NCBI RefSeq assembly: GCF_000620105.1
Contig: NZ_KK211072.1
Coordinates: 28,275-52,274, forward strand
Origin: Microvirgula aerodenitrificans DSM 15089
GTDB taxonomy: Bacteria; Pseudomonadota; Gammaproteobacteria; Burkholderiales; Aquaspirillaceae
Direction of reading: 5' to 3'
DNA: 24,000 nt
In this document: positions 8,902 through 15,803 of the stretch, one piece after another
How positions within the stretch are numbered: position 1 is the stretch's first letter
Layout of the letters: every line of letters starts with the position of its first letter
Notes under the pieces: generated by a model
What the model saw: only the letters and a program-made list of their open reading frames with translations
Databases searched by the model: none
What the model was told of the DNA's origin: nothing
Translations under genes and position numbers: made by a program

Positions 8902-9874
8902 CGGCGCGGAACAGATCGTGCATGTTCAGCGCGCCAGCCAGTTTGCCGTTCGTGTCGAGCACGAGCAGGCCGTTGATCTTGTTAGCCTCCATGACCTTGA
9001 CCGCTTCGGCCGCGAGCCGGTCGGCAGCAATGGTCTTGGCGGCCGGCTGCATGACCGTGCCGACCGGGGTGGCGAGGAAATCCGCCTGACCGGCATCGAT
9101 CAGCCGGCGCAGGTCGCCGTCGGTAAAGATGCCGCGCAGCGTGCCGTCCGCGTCGGCGATGGCTGTCATGCCCAGCCCCTTGCGGCTGATTTCCAGCAGC
9201 GCATCGCGCAGGCTGGCGTCCGGTGCGACCACGGGCAGCGCATCACCGCCGTGCATCACGTCCGAAACATGGACCAGCAAACGCCGGCCCAGGCTGCCGC
9301 CCGGATGCGACAGCGCAAAATCCTCGGCACGGAAATTCCGCGCATCGAGCAGCGTCAGTGCCAGCGCGTCGCCGAGCGCCAGCGCGGCGGTGGTGCTGGC
9401 GGTCGGTGCCAGACCGAGCGGTCCGGCCTCGTGTTCAATGGCCGCGTCCAGATGGATGTCCGATTCGCGGGCCAGCGTCGACGTGTCGCGGCCGGTCATG
9501 CCGATCAGGGTGACGCCCTTGCGGCGGATGGCCGGCAGCAGGGCGATCAGCTCACCGGATTCGCCCGAATAGGACAGGGCGATCACCACGTCGCCGGCGG
9601 CAATCATGCCGAGGTCGCCGTGGGCGGCTTCGGCCGGGTGGACGAAGAATGCCGGCGTGCCGGTCGATGCCAGCGTGGCGGCAATCTTGCGCGCGATATG
9701 GCCGGACTTGCCCATGCCGGTCACGATGACCCGGCCACGGCAGGCGAGCACCGCGTCGACGGCGGCAAGAAAGCTGCCGTTCAGGCGTGCGGACACGCCC
9801 TCGATGGCTTGAGCTTCGGTGGCGAGAACATCGCGGGCAAGGGCGAGGCGATGGGCGGACAGGGATGCATTCAT
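8891..9874 (-). CDS. kdsD: Arabinose-5-phosphate isomerase KdsD (SIS + tandem CBS domains)
   Basis: SIS motif VTGMGKSGHIARKIAATLASTGTPAFFVHPAEAAHGDLGM and C-terminal CBS pairs. I use the ATG at 9874, which gives 327 aa, close to my recollection of the E. coli KdsD length. The track's upstream GTG at 9898 is the alternative. Confidence 0.93.
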   Translation of the reverse strand: MNASLSAHRLALARDVLATEAQAIEGVSARLNGSFLAAVDAVLACRGRVIVTGMGKSGHIARKIAATLASTGTPAFFVHPAEAAHGDLGMIAAGDVVIALSYSGESGELIALLPAIRRKGVTLIGMTGRDTSTLARESDIHLDAAIEHEAGPLGLAPTASTTAALALGDALALTLLDARNFRAEDFALSHPGGSLGRRLLVHVSDVMHGGDALPVVAPDASLRDALLEISRKGLGMTAIADADGTLRGIFTDGDLRRLIDAGQADFLATPVGTVMQPAAKTIAADRLAAEAVKVMEANKINGLLVLDTNGKLAGALNMHDLFRAGVV

Positions 9875-9986
9875 GTCAGGTCGGGAGGGCGCTGTCACCC
9901 TCCGTCAAAAGATGTCGTAGTGGGGGAGTATACCAAGCGTTAAACTCGCGGCGTTTCCGATACTTCATGCCACTGTCGATTTCCTG

Positions 9987-11957
9987 ATGCATTCATTAGC
10001 ACCTGTCGTTGCCATCCTGTTCGCCGCCGTCGGGGTCATCACCCTGTGCCGGGCGGTCAAAGTCCCCGCCATGCTCGGTTACCTGCTGGTGGGATTCATT
10101 GTTGGCCCGGGCGGGTTCGCGCTGATTGCGGGGACTGACCAGTCCCAGTTTCTGGGTGAAATCGGCATTGTTTTCATGATGTTCACCATCGGTCTTGAAT
10201 TCAGTCTGCCGAAACTGCGGGCGATGCGGCGCATCGTGTTCGGGCTTGGCGCCGGCCAGGTGGTGGTGACCCTGCTGGCAGTCATGGTGCTGTTCATCGC
10301 GCTGGGCGGGCGGCCGCTTACCGGCTTTACGCTTGGCGCGGTGGCGGCCCTGTCGTCGACCGCGATCGTGTCCAAGCTGCTGACCGAGCGGCTGGAACTC
10401 AATGCGCCGCACGGGCAGATGTCGATCGGCGTGCTGCTGTTCCAGGATCTGGCGGTGGTGCCGATGCTGATTCTGCTGCCGGCGCTGGCCGGCAATGCCG
10501 AAACGCTGGCACTGGATCTGGCGATCGCCTTCCTGAAGGTCGTGCTGGTGATGGTGCTGCTGTTCACCGTGGGTCAGAAGCTGCTGCGGCCGTGGTTCCA
10601 TGTGGTCGCCCGGCAGCGCTCGGGCGAACTGTTCATGATCAATGTGCTGCTGATCACGCTGTCGATTTCGTGGCTGACCGAACTGGCCGGGCTGAGTCTG
10701 GCACTGGGGGCTTTCGTCGCCGGCATGTTGATCGCCGAAACCGAATATCGCTACCAGGTCGAGGAAGACATCCGGCCGTTCCGCGACATTCTGCTCGGCT
10801 TCTTTTTCATCACCATCGGCATGCGGCTCGATCTCGCCGCGCTGGCCGAGCGTTTCTGGCTGGTATTCGCCTTTGTGGCCGTGCTGGTACCGGGCAAGGC
10901 CATCGTCATGTTCGCGGTGGCGCGAACCTTCCGCTATCGGGCCAATGACGCACTGCGAACCGCACTGGCGCTGGCACAGGGGGGTGAGTTCGGTTTCGTG
11001 CTGATCGCGCTGGCCGGCAACCTGGGACTGGTGGCGCCGGCGATCGAACAGGCGGCGATCACCTCGGTGCTGATCTCGATGCTGATGTCGCCATTCCTGA
11101 TCCAGCAGACGCCGCGGCTGGTGCGCCTGCTGATCCGTTCGGACTGGGTCAGCCAGGCGGCCGATCTGCACCAGATCCTGGTGTCGAGCATGATGCGCAA
11201 CGAGCACGCGATCATCTGTGGTTACGGTCGCAGCGGCCAGGCGCTGGCGCGGCTGCTGGAAAAAGAGGACATGAGCCTGTTCGCGCTCGATCTCGATCCG
11301 GAGCGGGTGCGCGAGGCGGCGGCGGCCGGCGATGCAGTGGTATTTGGCGATGCCGGCAAGCGGGAAGTGCTGCTGGCTGCCGGCCTGATGCGGGCCAAGG
11401 TGCTGGTGATTACCTTCGCCGATACCCATGCCAGCATGCAGATCCTGCGCGTGGCGCAGACGTTGCGGCCAGACCTGCCGATTATCGTGCGCACCGTCGA
11501 CGACAGCGATATCGACCTGCTGCGCGAGGGCGGGGCGGACGAAGTGGTGGCCGAGGTCATGGAAGGCAGCCTGATGCTGGCCAGCCATGCGCTGATGGCG
11601 ATGGGGGTGCCGATGAACCGGGTACTGCGCCGCATCCGCTCGGTGCGCGAGGAGCGCTACAGCCTGTTCCGCGGCTTCTTCCGCGGCATTACCGACGACA
11701 CGCTGGCACTGGACGACTCCAAGCAGTCACGGCTGGGAACGGTGCTGCTGGCGCCGGGCGCGGCATCGATCGGCCAGTGTCTGGGCGAACTGGACCTCGG
11801 TGCACTGCATGTACAGGTGCGGGCGGTCAAGCGCAAGCAGGGTCGGGTGATCGGTCCGGACGATGCCTTCGTGCTGCAGGCCGACGACGTGCTGGTGCTG
11901 CTGGGTTCGGCCGAACACCTGGCGGCGGCCGAGCTGCTGCTGCTGGAAGGCGTCTGA
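9987..11957 (+). CDS. Monovalent cation:proton antiporter-2 (CPA2) family K+ efflux protein, Kef/YbaL-like, with C-terminal TrkA-N and TrkA-C domains
   Basis: 656 aa. About 390 aa form a polytopic Na_H_Exchanger-type domain. This is followed by a Rossmann motif (IICGYGRSGQALARLL) and a C-terminal RCK_C-like segment. Confidence 0.9.
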   Translation: MHSLAPVVAILFAAVGVITLCRAVKVPAMLGYLLVGFIVGPGGFALIAGTDQSQFLGEIGIVFMMFTIGLEFSLPKLRAMRRIVFGLGAGQVVVTLLAVMVLFIALGGRPLTGFTLGAVAALSSTAIVSKLLTERLELNAPHGQMSIGVLLFQDLAVVPMLILLPALAGNAETLALDLAIAFLKVVLVMVLLFTVGQKLLRPWFHVVARQRSGELFMINVLLITLSISWLTELAGLSLALGAFVAGMLIAETEYRYQVEEDIRPFRDILLGFFFITIGMRLDLAALAERFWLVFAFVAVLVPGKAIVMFAVARTFRYRANDALRTALALAQGGEFGFVLIALAGNLGLVAPAIEQAAITSVLISMLMSPFLIQQTPRLVRLLIRSDWVSQAADLHQILVSSMMRNEHAIICGYGRSGQALARLLEKEDMSLFALDLDPERVREAAAAGDAVVFGDAGKREVLLAAGLMRAKVLVITFADTHASMQILRVAQTLRPDLPIIVRTVDDSDIDLLREGGADEVVAEVMEGSLMLASHALMAMGVPMNRVLRRIRSVREERYSLFRGFFRGITDDTLALDDSKQSRLGTVLLAPGAASIGQCLGELDLGALHVQVRAVKRKQGRVIGPDDAFVLQADDVLVLLGSAEHLAAAELLLLEGV

Positions 11958-12021
11958 GTCGCGGGTATGATTGGACATCATCAGGTCGGCGCCGGTCAGG
12001 CGCCGGGGGAGGAAAATCGTC

Positions 12022-12660
12022 ATGAAAAGCATTGCCGACATCCGCAAGGATTACGCCAGCCGCGAGCTGAATGAAACCGACTGTCTGGCCGACCCGGTCA
12101 GGCAGTTTGAAATCTGGATGGACGAGGCCATTACCGCCGAACTGGTCGAACCGACGGCAGTACTGGTGTCGACCGTCAGCCCCGAGGGCCGGCCGGCGGC
12201 ACGGGTGGTGCTGCTGAAGGGGGTCGAGAACGGCCGGTTCGTGTTCTTCACCAACTACCAGTCGCGCAAGGGGCGGCACCTGGAAGCCAACCCGGTCATC
12301 GCCCTGACCTTTTTCTGGCCGGGGCTGGAGCGCCAGGTCAATATCGAGGGCGTGGTCGAGCGCCTGCCGTCCGCCGCATCGGACAGCTATTTCGACAGCC
12401 GGCCTTACAAGAGCCGGGTCGGCGCCTGGGCCAGCGAGCAGAGCCAGCCGATTGCCGGTCGCCATGTGGTGATGGCGCGGTTTGCGCAGTACGCGGCCAA
12501 GTACGCGCTGCATGTTCCGCGTCCGCCGCACTGGGGCGGCTTTGCGGTGATTCCGGAGCGGATCGAGTTCTGGCAGGGGCGTCCGTCCCGCCTGCACGAT
12601 CGCGTGCTGTACCAGTTGCAGGCCGACGGCAGCTGGAGCCGCGACCGGCTGGCGCCATGA
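12022..12660 (+). CDS. pdxH: Pyridoxamine 5'-phosphate oxidase PdxH
   Basis: Collinear with E. coli PdxH over the whole length, e.g. ...LERQVNIEG..., [28 protein letters not shown] and the ending DRLAP. I chose the ATG at 12022, which follows GGGAGGAAAATCGTC, over the track's upstream start at 11971. Confidence 0.95.
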   Translation: MKSIADIRKDYASRELNETDCLADPVRQFEIWMDEAITAELVEPTAVLVSTVSPEGRPAARVVLLKGVENGRFVFFTNYQSRKGRHLEANPVIALTFFWPGLERQVNIEGVVERLPSAASDSYFDSRPYKSRVGAWASEQSQPIAGRHVVMARFAQYAAKYALHVPRPPHWGGFAVIPERIEFWQGRPSRLHDRVLYQLQADGSWSRDRLAP

Positions 12661-12691
12661 TGATGGCGGCGCCAGCGCTGGTCTGATTCAT

Positions 12692-13006
12692 TCACGACGC
12701 CATTTTCAGCCCGAGAATGCCGGCCACGATCAGGCCGATGCAGACCAGCCGCGCCGCCGTGGCCGGGTCGTTGAACAGCACGATACCGAGGGCGGCGGTG
12801 CCGACGGCGCCGATGCCGGTCCAGACGGCATAGGCGGTGCCGATCGGCAGGTCGCGCAGCGCCAGCCCGAGCAGGACGATGCTGAACAGCATCGAGATGC
12901 CGGTCAGCACTGACGGCAGCAACCGGGTGAAGCCCTCGGTGTATTTCAGGCCGATGGCCCAGCCGATTTCAAACAGACCCGCGATAAACAGCATGAGCCA
13001 GGCCAT
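12692..13006 (-). CDS. sugE: SMR-family small multidrug-resistance protein, SugE/Gdx subtype (guanidinium/quaternary ammonium exporter)
   Basis: 104 aa with four TM helices. [26 protein letters not shown] carries the membrane-embedded Glu typical of SugE. Confidence 0.9.
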   Translation of the reverse strand: MAWLMLFIAGLFEIGWAIGLKYTEGFTRLLPSVLTGISMLFSIVLLGLALRDLPIGTAYAVWTGIGAVGTAALGIVLFNDPATAARLVCIGLIVAGILGLKMAS

Positions 13007-13008
13007 GG

Positions 13009-13578
13009 TCAGTCCTTTCCTTGTGCGGGGAGCGAAGTCTCCCGCGTGAGTGTCAGCAGGCGTTCGATCACCGCTGTCCGCGTGACCGGGTCCAGCGGTT
13101 CGATACCGAACGCTTCATTCATCCAGATGCCGTCCACGGCCAGCCGCACGATGTGGGCCAGCAGCGGGTCGGCCACGTCTGCGGCGATCTGCGCCTGCCA
13201 GTCGCGCTGGCGGTCGGCATAGCGGGCGACCTGCTCCGGCCGGGTGCCGAGCGCGGCGATCAGCGAGGCTTCGCGCCGGGCAACGGTTTCGCTGTCGAGA
13301 TCAGGCGGCAGCGCGGCCAGCAGGTAGGCGCGGACGCCAGCGCCGTGGCTGGGGTCAGCCTGCCGGTAGGCGTCCATGCGGGCATCGACCGCCCGGGTCA
13401 GCCGGGCGATCAGGGCCGCCACCAGTGCATACTTGCCGGCATAGTGGTACAGCAGGCCGCCTTTGCTGACGCCGGCCCGTGCCGCCACGCTGTCCAGAGT
13501 CAGATTGGCGACGCCGTGTTCCATTACGCAATGTTCGGCCGCATCGAGAATGCGGTTCTGGGTGTCCGTTGTCGTCAT
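13009..13578 (-). CDS. TetR/AcrR family transcriptional regulator
   Basis: 189 aa with an N-terminal TetR HTH ([37 protein letters not shown]). Its stop lies 2 nt before the sugE ATG, so the two are probably co-transcribed. Confidence 0.88.
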   Translation of the reverse strand: MTTTDTQNRILDAAEHCVMEHGVANLTLDSVAARAGVSKGGLLYHYAGKYALVAALIARLTRAVDARMDAYRQADPSHGAGVRAYLLAALPPDLDSETVARREASLIAALGTRPEQVARYADRQRDWQAQIAADVADPLLAHIVRLAVDGIWMNEAFGIEPLDPVTRTAVIERLLTLTRETSLPAQGKD

Positions 13579-13592
13579 GGCACCGAATGTAA

Positions 13593-13606
13593 ACCGTCCG
13601 GACGGT
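13593..13606. promoter_or_regulatory. Perfect 14-bp palindrome, candidate TetR operator
   Basis: ACCGTCCGGACGGT lies 15 bp upstream of the tetR start codon, in the 98-bp divergent spacer between tetR and the RluA-family gene. Its size and position fit TetR autoregulatory operators. No experimental or comparative support is available here. Confidence 0.4.
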
Positions 13607-13676
13607 ACAGTAAAGTGCCGGGCGCGATGGCGGGCGTGCTGCTAGGCTGTGCGCCCCTGCCAGAAACCCGCCTGCC

Positions 13677-14378
13677 ATGTACCGACTGATCGACCGCCAG
13701 CCCGACTTCATCATTATCGACAAGGCACCGGGCGTTGCCGTGCATCGCGACCAGGAAGCGCAGGGCCTGCTTGATGTCCTGCGCGCGGATCTGGGGTGCG
13801 ACAGCCTGCATCTGGTACATCGTCTCGATGCGATCACCTCCGGCCTGATGGTGCTGGCGACGCATCGCGATGCCGCGCGTACGCTGTCGCAGGCGTTTCA
13901 TGACCACCAGGTCGACAAGTTCTATCTGGCGCTGTCCGATCGCAAGCCGGCGCGCAAGCAGGGCTGGGTGACCGGCGACATGGACCGCGGCCGCCGCGGC
14001 AGCTGGCGCCTGTTGCCGACCCGGGTCAATCCGGCCATTACCCGGTTCTTCTCCGTCTCGGTCGAACCCGGCGTGCGCGCCTTTCTGCTGCGGCCGTGTA
14101 CCGGCCGCACCCATCAGTTGCGCGTGGCACTGAAAAGCCTCGGCAGCCCCCTGCTGGGCGATCCGCTGTATCACGCGGCCGATGCGGCGAATGCGGCGGC
14201 CGATCGCGCCTACCTGCATCACTACGCGTTCGCCTTCGAGCTGGGCGGGCGCCGCTGGCGCTATGTCCAGCCGCCGACGACCGGTACGCATTTCCTGGCG
14301 GCGCCGTTTGCGGCAGCGCTCGGCCGTTTTGATGATCCCTGGGCGCTGGATTGGCCGGAATCATGTCTAACTCGTTGA
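13677..14378 (+). CDS. RluA-family pseudouridine synthase (short form without S4 domain, YqcB/TruC-like)
   Basis: 233 aa with the catalytic motif HRLDAITSGLMVLA and the conserved GRTHQLRVAL. Confidence 0.88.
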   Translation: MYRLIDRQPDFIIIDKAPGVAVHRDQEAQGLLDVLRADLGCDSLHLVHRLDAITSGLMVLATHRDAARTLSQAFHDHQVDKFYLALSDRKPARKQGWVTGDMDRGRRGSWRLLPTRVNPAITRFFSVSVEPGVRAFLLRPCTGRTHQLRVALKSLGSPLLGDPLYHAADAANAAADRAYLHHYAFAFELGGRRWRYVQPPTTGTHFLAAPFAAALGRFDDPWALDWPESCLTR

Positions 14379-14449
14379 TTTTAAATTTGATTGTTGAATG
14401 GCTACTGTCTGGCGAGGCCGGGCTTTCCAATGCAAGCCAATGATTTTGT

Positions 14450-14477
14450 TTGATAAAATGTCGCCGCGCGCTACATT
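14450..14477 (+). promoter_or_regulatory. Candidate sigma-70 promoter (TTGATA-16 nt-TACATT)
   Basis: Hexamers read directly at 14450-14455 and 14472-14477, downstream of an AT-rich tract (14378-14400) with repeated TTGATT. This is sequence resemblance only. Confidence 0.3.
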
Positions 14478-14530
14478 CGATAGCCGAGCGGGGCATTTGC
14501 GGCTAGAATCGCGTCTATAGATAGCGATGC

Positions 14531-14565
14531 AACGGGTTGCCCTGGCCGGCAGCCCGTTTTGCTTG
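14531..14565 (+). terminator. Intrinsic-terminator-like hairpin in the rnk upstream region (terminator of the RluA-family gene, an attenuator, or the 3' end of a small RNA)
   Basis: 11-bp stem (AACGGGTTGCC / GGCAGCCCGTT, one G-U pair) with a 6-nt loop, followed by TTTTGCTTG. Confidence 0.5.
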
Positions 14566-14739
14566 ATCGGCCCGCGCAGCGAGCCCGAAGGCATCTGTGG
14601 CAGCATGCAGGCGGAGACGCCGGAACGGATACCGAGTCGGGTAGCCGGACCCGGCGTCTGTCGCCGTTGGCGATTTCGCCGGCCTGCGCGGATCGACACG
14701 GGCACGCCCGGCACGGGCGAGTTTCCGTCGGAGCACACC

Positions 14740-15147
14740 ATGCAACAGCCTGTCATCACCGTATCCACCCTCGATCTCGACCGATTGGAGGCCCTGCTGG
14801 AGAATATCGACAGCAAGGCTTTCCCCGCAGCCGGGCAACTGGCCCGCGAACTCGATCGTGCCGAAGTGGCCGAGCCCGCCGACATGCCTGCCGGCGTTGT
14901 GACGATGAATTCGCGCGTGCGTTTTGCCGCCGACAATGGCGAAATCCGCGAATACACACTGGTTTACCCGAAAGACATGAACGGCAACCCGGACCGGCTG
15001 TCGGTGCTGGCGCCGGTTGGCGCGGCGCTGCTCGGCCTGTCGGTCGGGCAGACGATCGAATGGCCGATGCCGGACGGCGCGACGCTGCGCCTGACCGTGC
15101 ATGAAGTGATCTGGCAGCCGGAAGCCGCAGGCGAGCTGCACCGCTGA
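14740..15147 (+). CDS. rnk: Regulator of nucleoside diphosphate kinase Rnk (GreA/GreB-family secondary-channel protein)
   Basis: 135 aa from the ATG at 14740, with GGAG 7 nt upstream. It is collinear with my recollection of E. coli Rnk (~136 aa): [36 protein letters not shown], and PEAAG near the end. The track's longer in-frame ORF from 14527 is GC-rich leader sequence. Confidence 0.9.
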   Translation: MQQPVITVSTLDLDRLEALLENIDSKAFPAAGQLARELDRAEVAEPADMPAGVVTMNSRVRFAADNGEIREYTLVYPKDMNGNPDRLSVLAPVGAALLGLSVGQTIEWPMPDGATLRLTVHEVIWQPEAAGELHR

Positions 15148-15170
15148 TTCGCGCGAAACCGACGGCCCGC

Positions 15171-15803
15171 ATGAGCACACTGACCGATCTGAAGTACCTG
15201 AAGACCGTGATCGAGACCGCATTGCTGGTCGCGACCGAGCCGCTGTCGGTCCATGACCTGAAGCGGCTGTTCACCGAATCGCTGCAGTCGGGCCTGATCT
15301 ACGAAATGGTGGAGGAAATCCAGAACGAATGGCGGGGTCGGGGCATCGAACTCGTCAAGCTGGCCAGCGGCTGGCGCTTTCGCGCCCGGGCCGAATTCAA
15401 GCCTTACCTGGAACGACTGAGCCCGGAGAAACCGCCGCGCTATTCGCGCGCGGTGATGGAAACCATCGCCATCGTTGCCTACCGGCAGCCGGTGACGCGC
15501 GGGGACATCGAGTCCATTCGTGGCGTCTCGGTTTCCAGCCATGTGATGCAGACCCTGTCCGAACGGGGTTGGATCGAAGTCATCGGCCACAAGGACGTGC
15601 CGGGACGTCCCGGTCTGTACGCCACGACCCGCAAGTTTCTCGACGATCTCGGCATGAAGTCGCTGAAGGACCTGCCACCGCTCGCCGATATCGGCGCGCT
15701 GGTCATACCCGAAATACCGAATGACGACGCGGGCGCAAAAGACGCCGCGTCGGCGCAAGCATTGAACGAAAGCCCAGAAGATGTCGAAACCGAAGCCCAG
15801 TAA
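15171..15803 (+). CDS. scpB: Segregation and condensation protein B (ScpB)
   Basis: 210 aa with tandem winged-helix motifs: ...[11 protein letters not shown]..., [42 protein letters not shown] and [18 protein letters not shown]-type. Confidence 0.93.
   Translation: MSTLTDLKYLKTVIETALLVATEPLSVHDLKRLFTESLQSGLIYEMVEEIQNEWRGRGIELVKLASGWRFRARAEFKPYLERLSPEKPPRYSRAVMETIAIVAYRQPVTRGDIESIRGVSVSSHVMQTLSERGWIEVIGHKDVPGRPGLYATTRKFLDDLGMKSLKDLPPLADIGALVIPEIPNDDAGAKDAASAQALNESPEDVETEAQ

Noticed and set aside
9996-11588. 530-aa minus-strand ORF antisense to the CPA2 antiporter gene
   Set aside because: Same reasoning as above. It is His/Arg/Gln/Asp-rich low-complexity sequence opposite a well-supported membrane protein gene.
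11971-12021. Upstream start for pdxH (track ORF 11971..12660)
   Set aside because: The alignment to PdxH begins at [11 protein letters not shown], and GGGAGG precedes the ATG at 12022.
14527-14739. In-frame upstream extension that would make rnk 206 aa
   Set aside because: From memory, E. coli Rnk is ~136 aa and aligns from the ATG at 14740, which has a GGAG at the proper distance. The extension is Arg/Pro/Gly-rich and begins inside the terminator-like hairpin.
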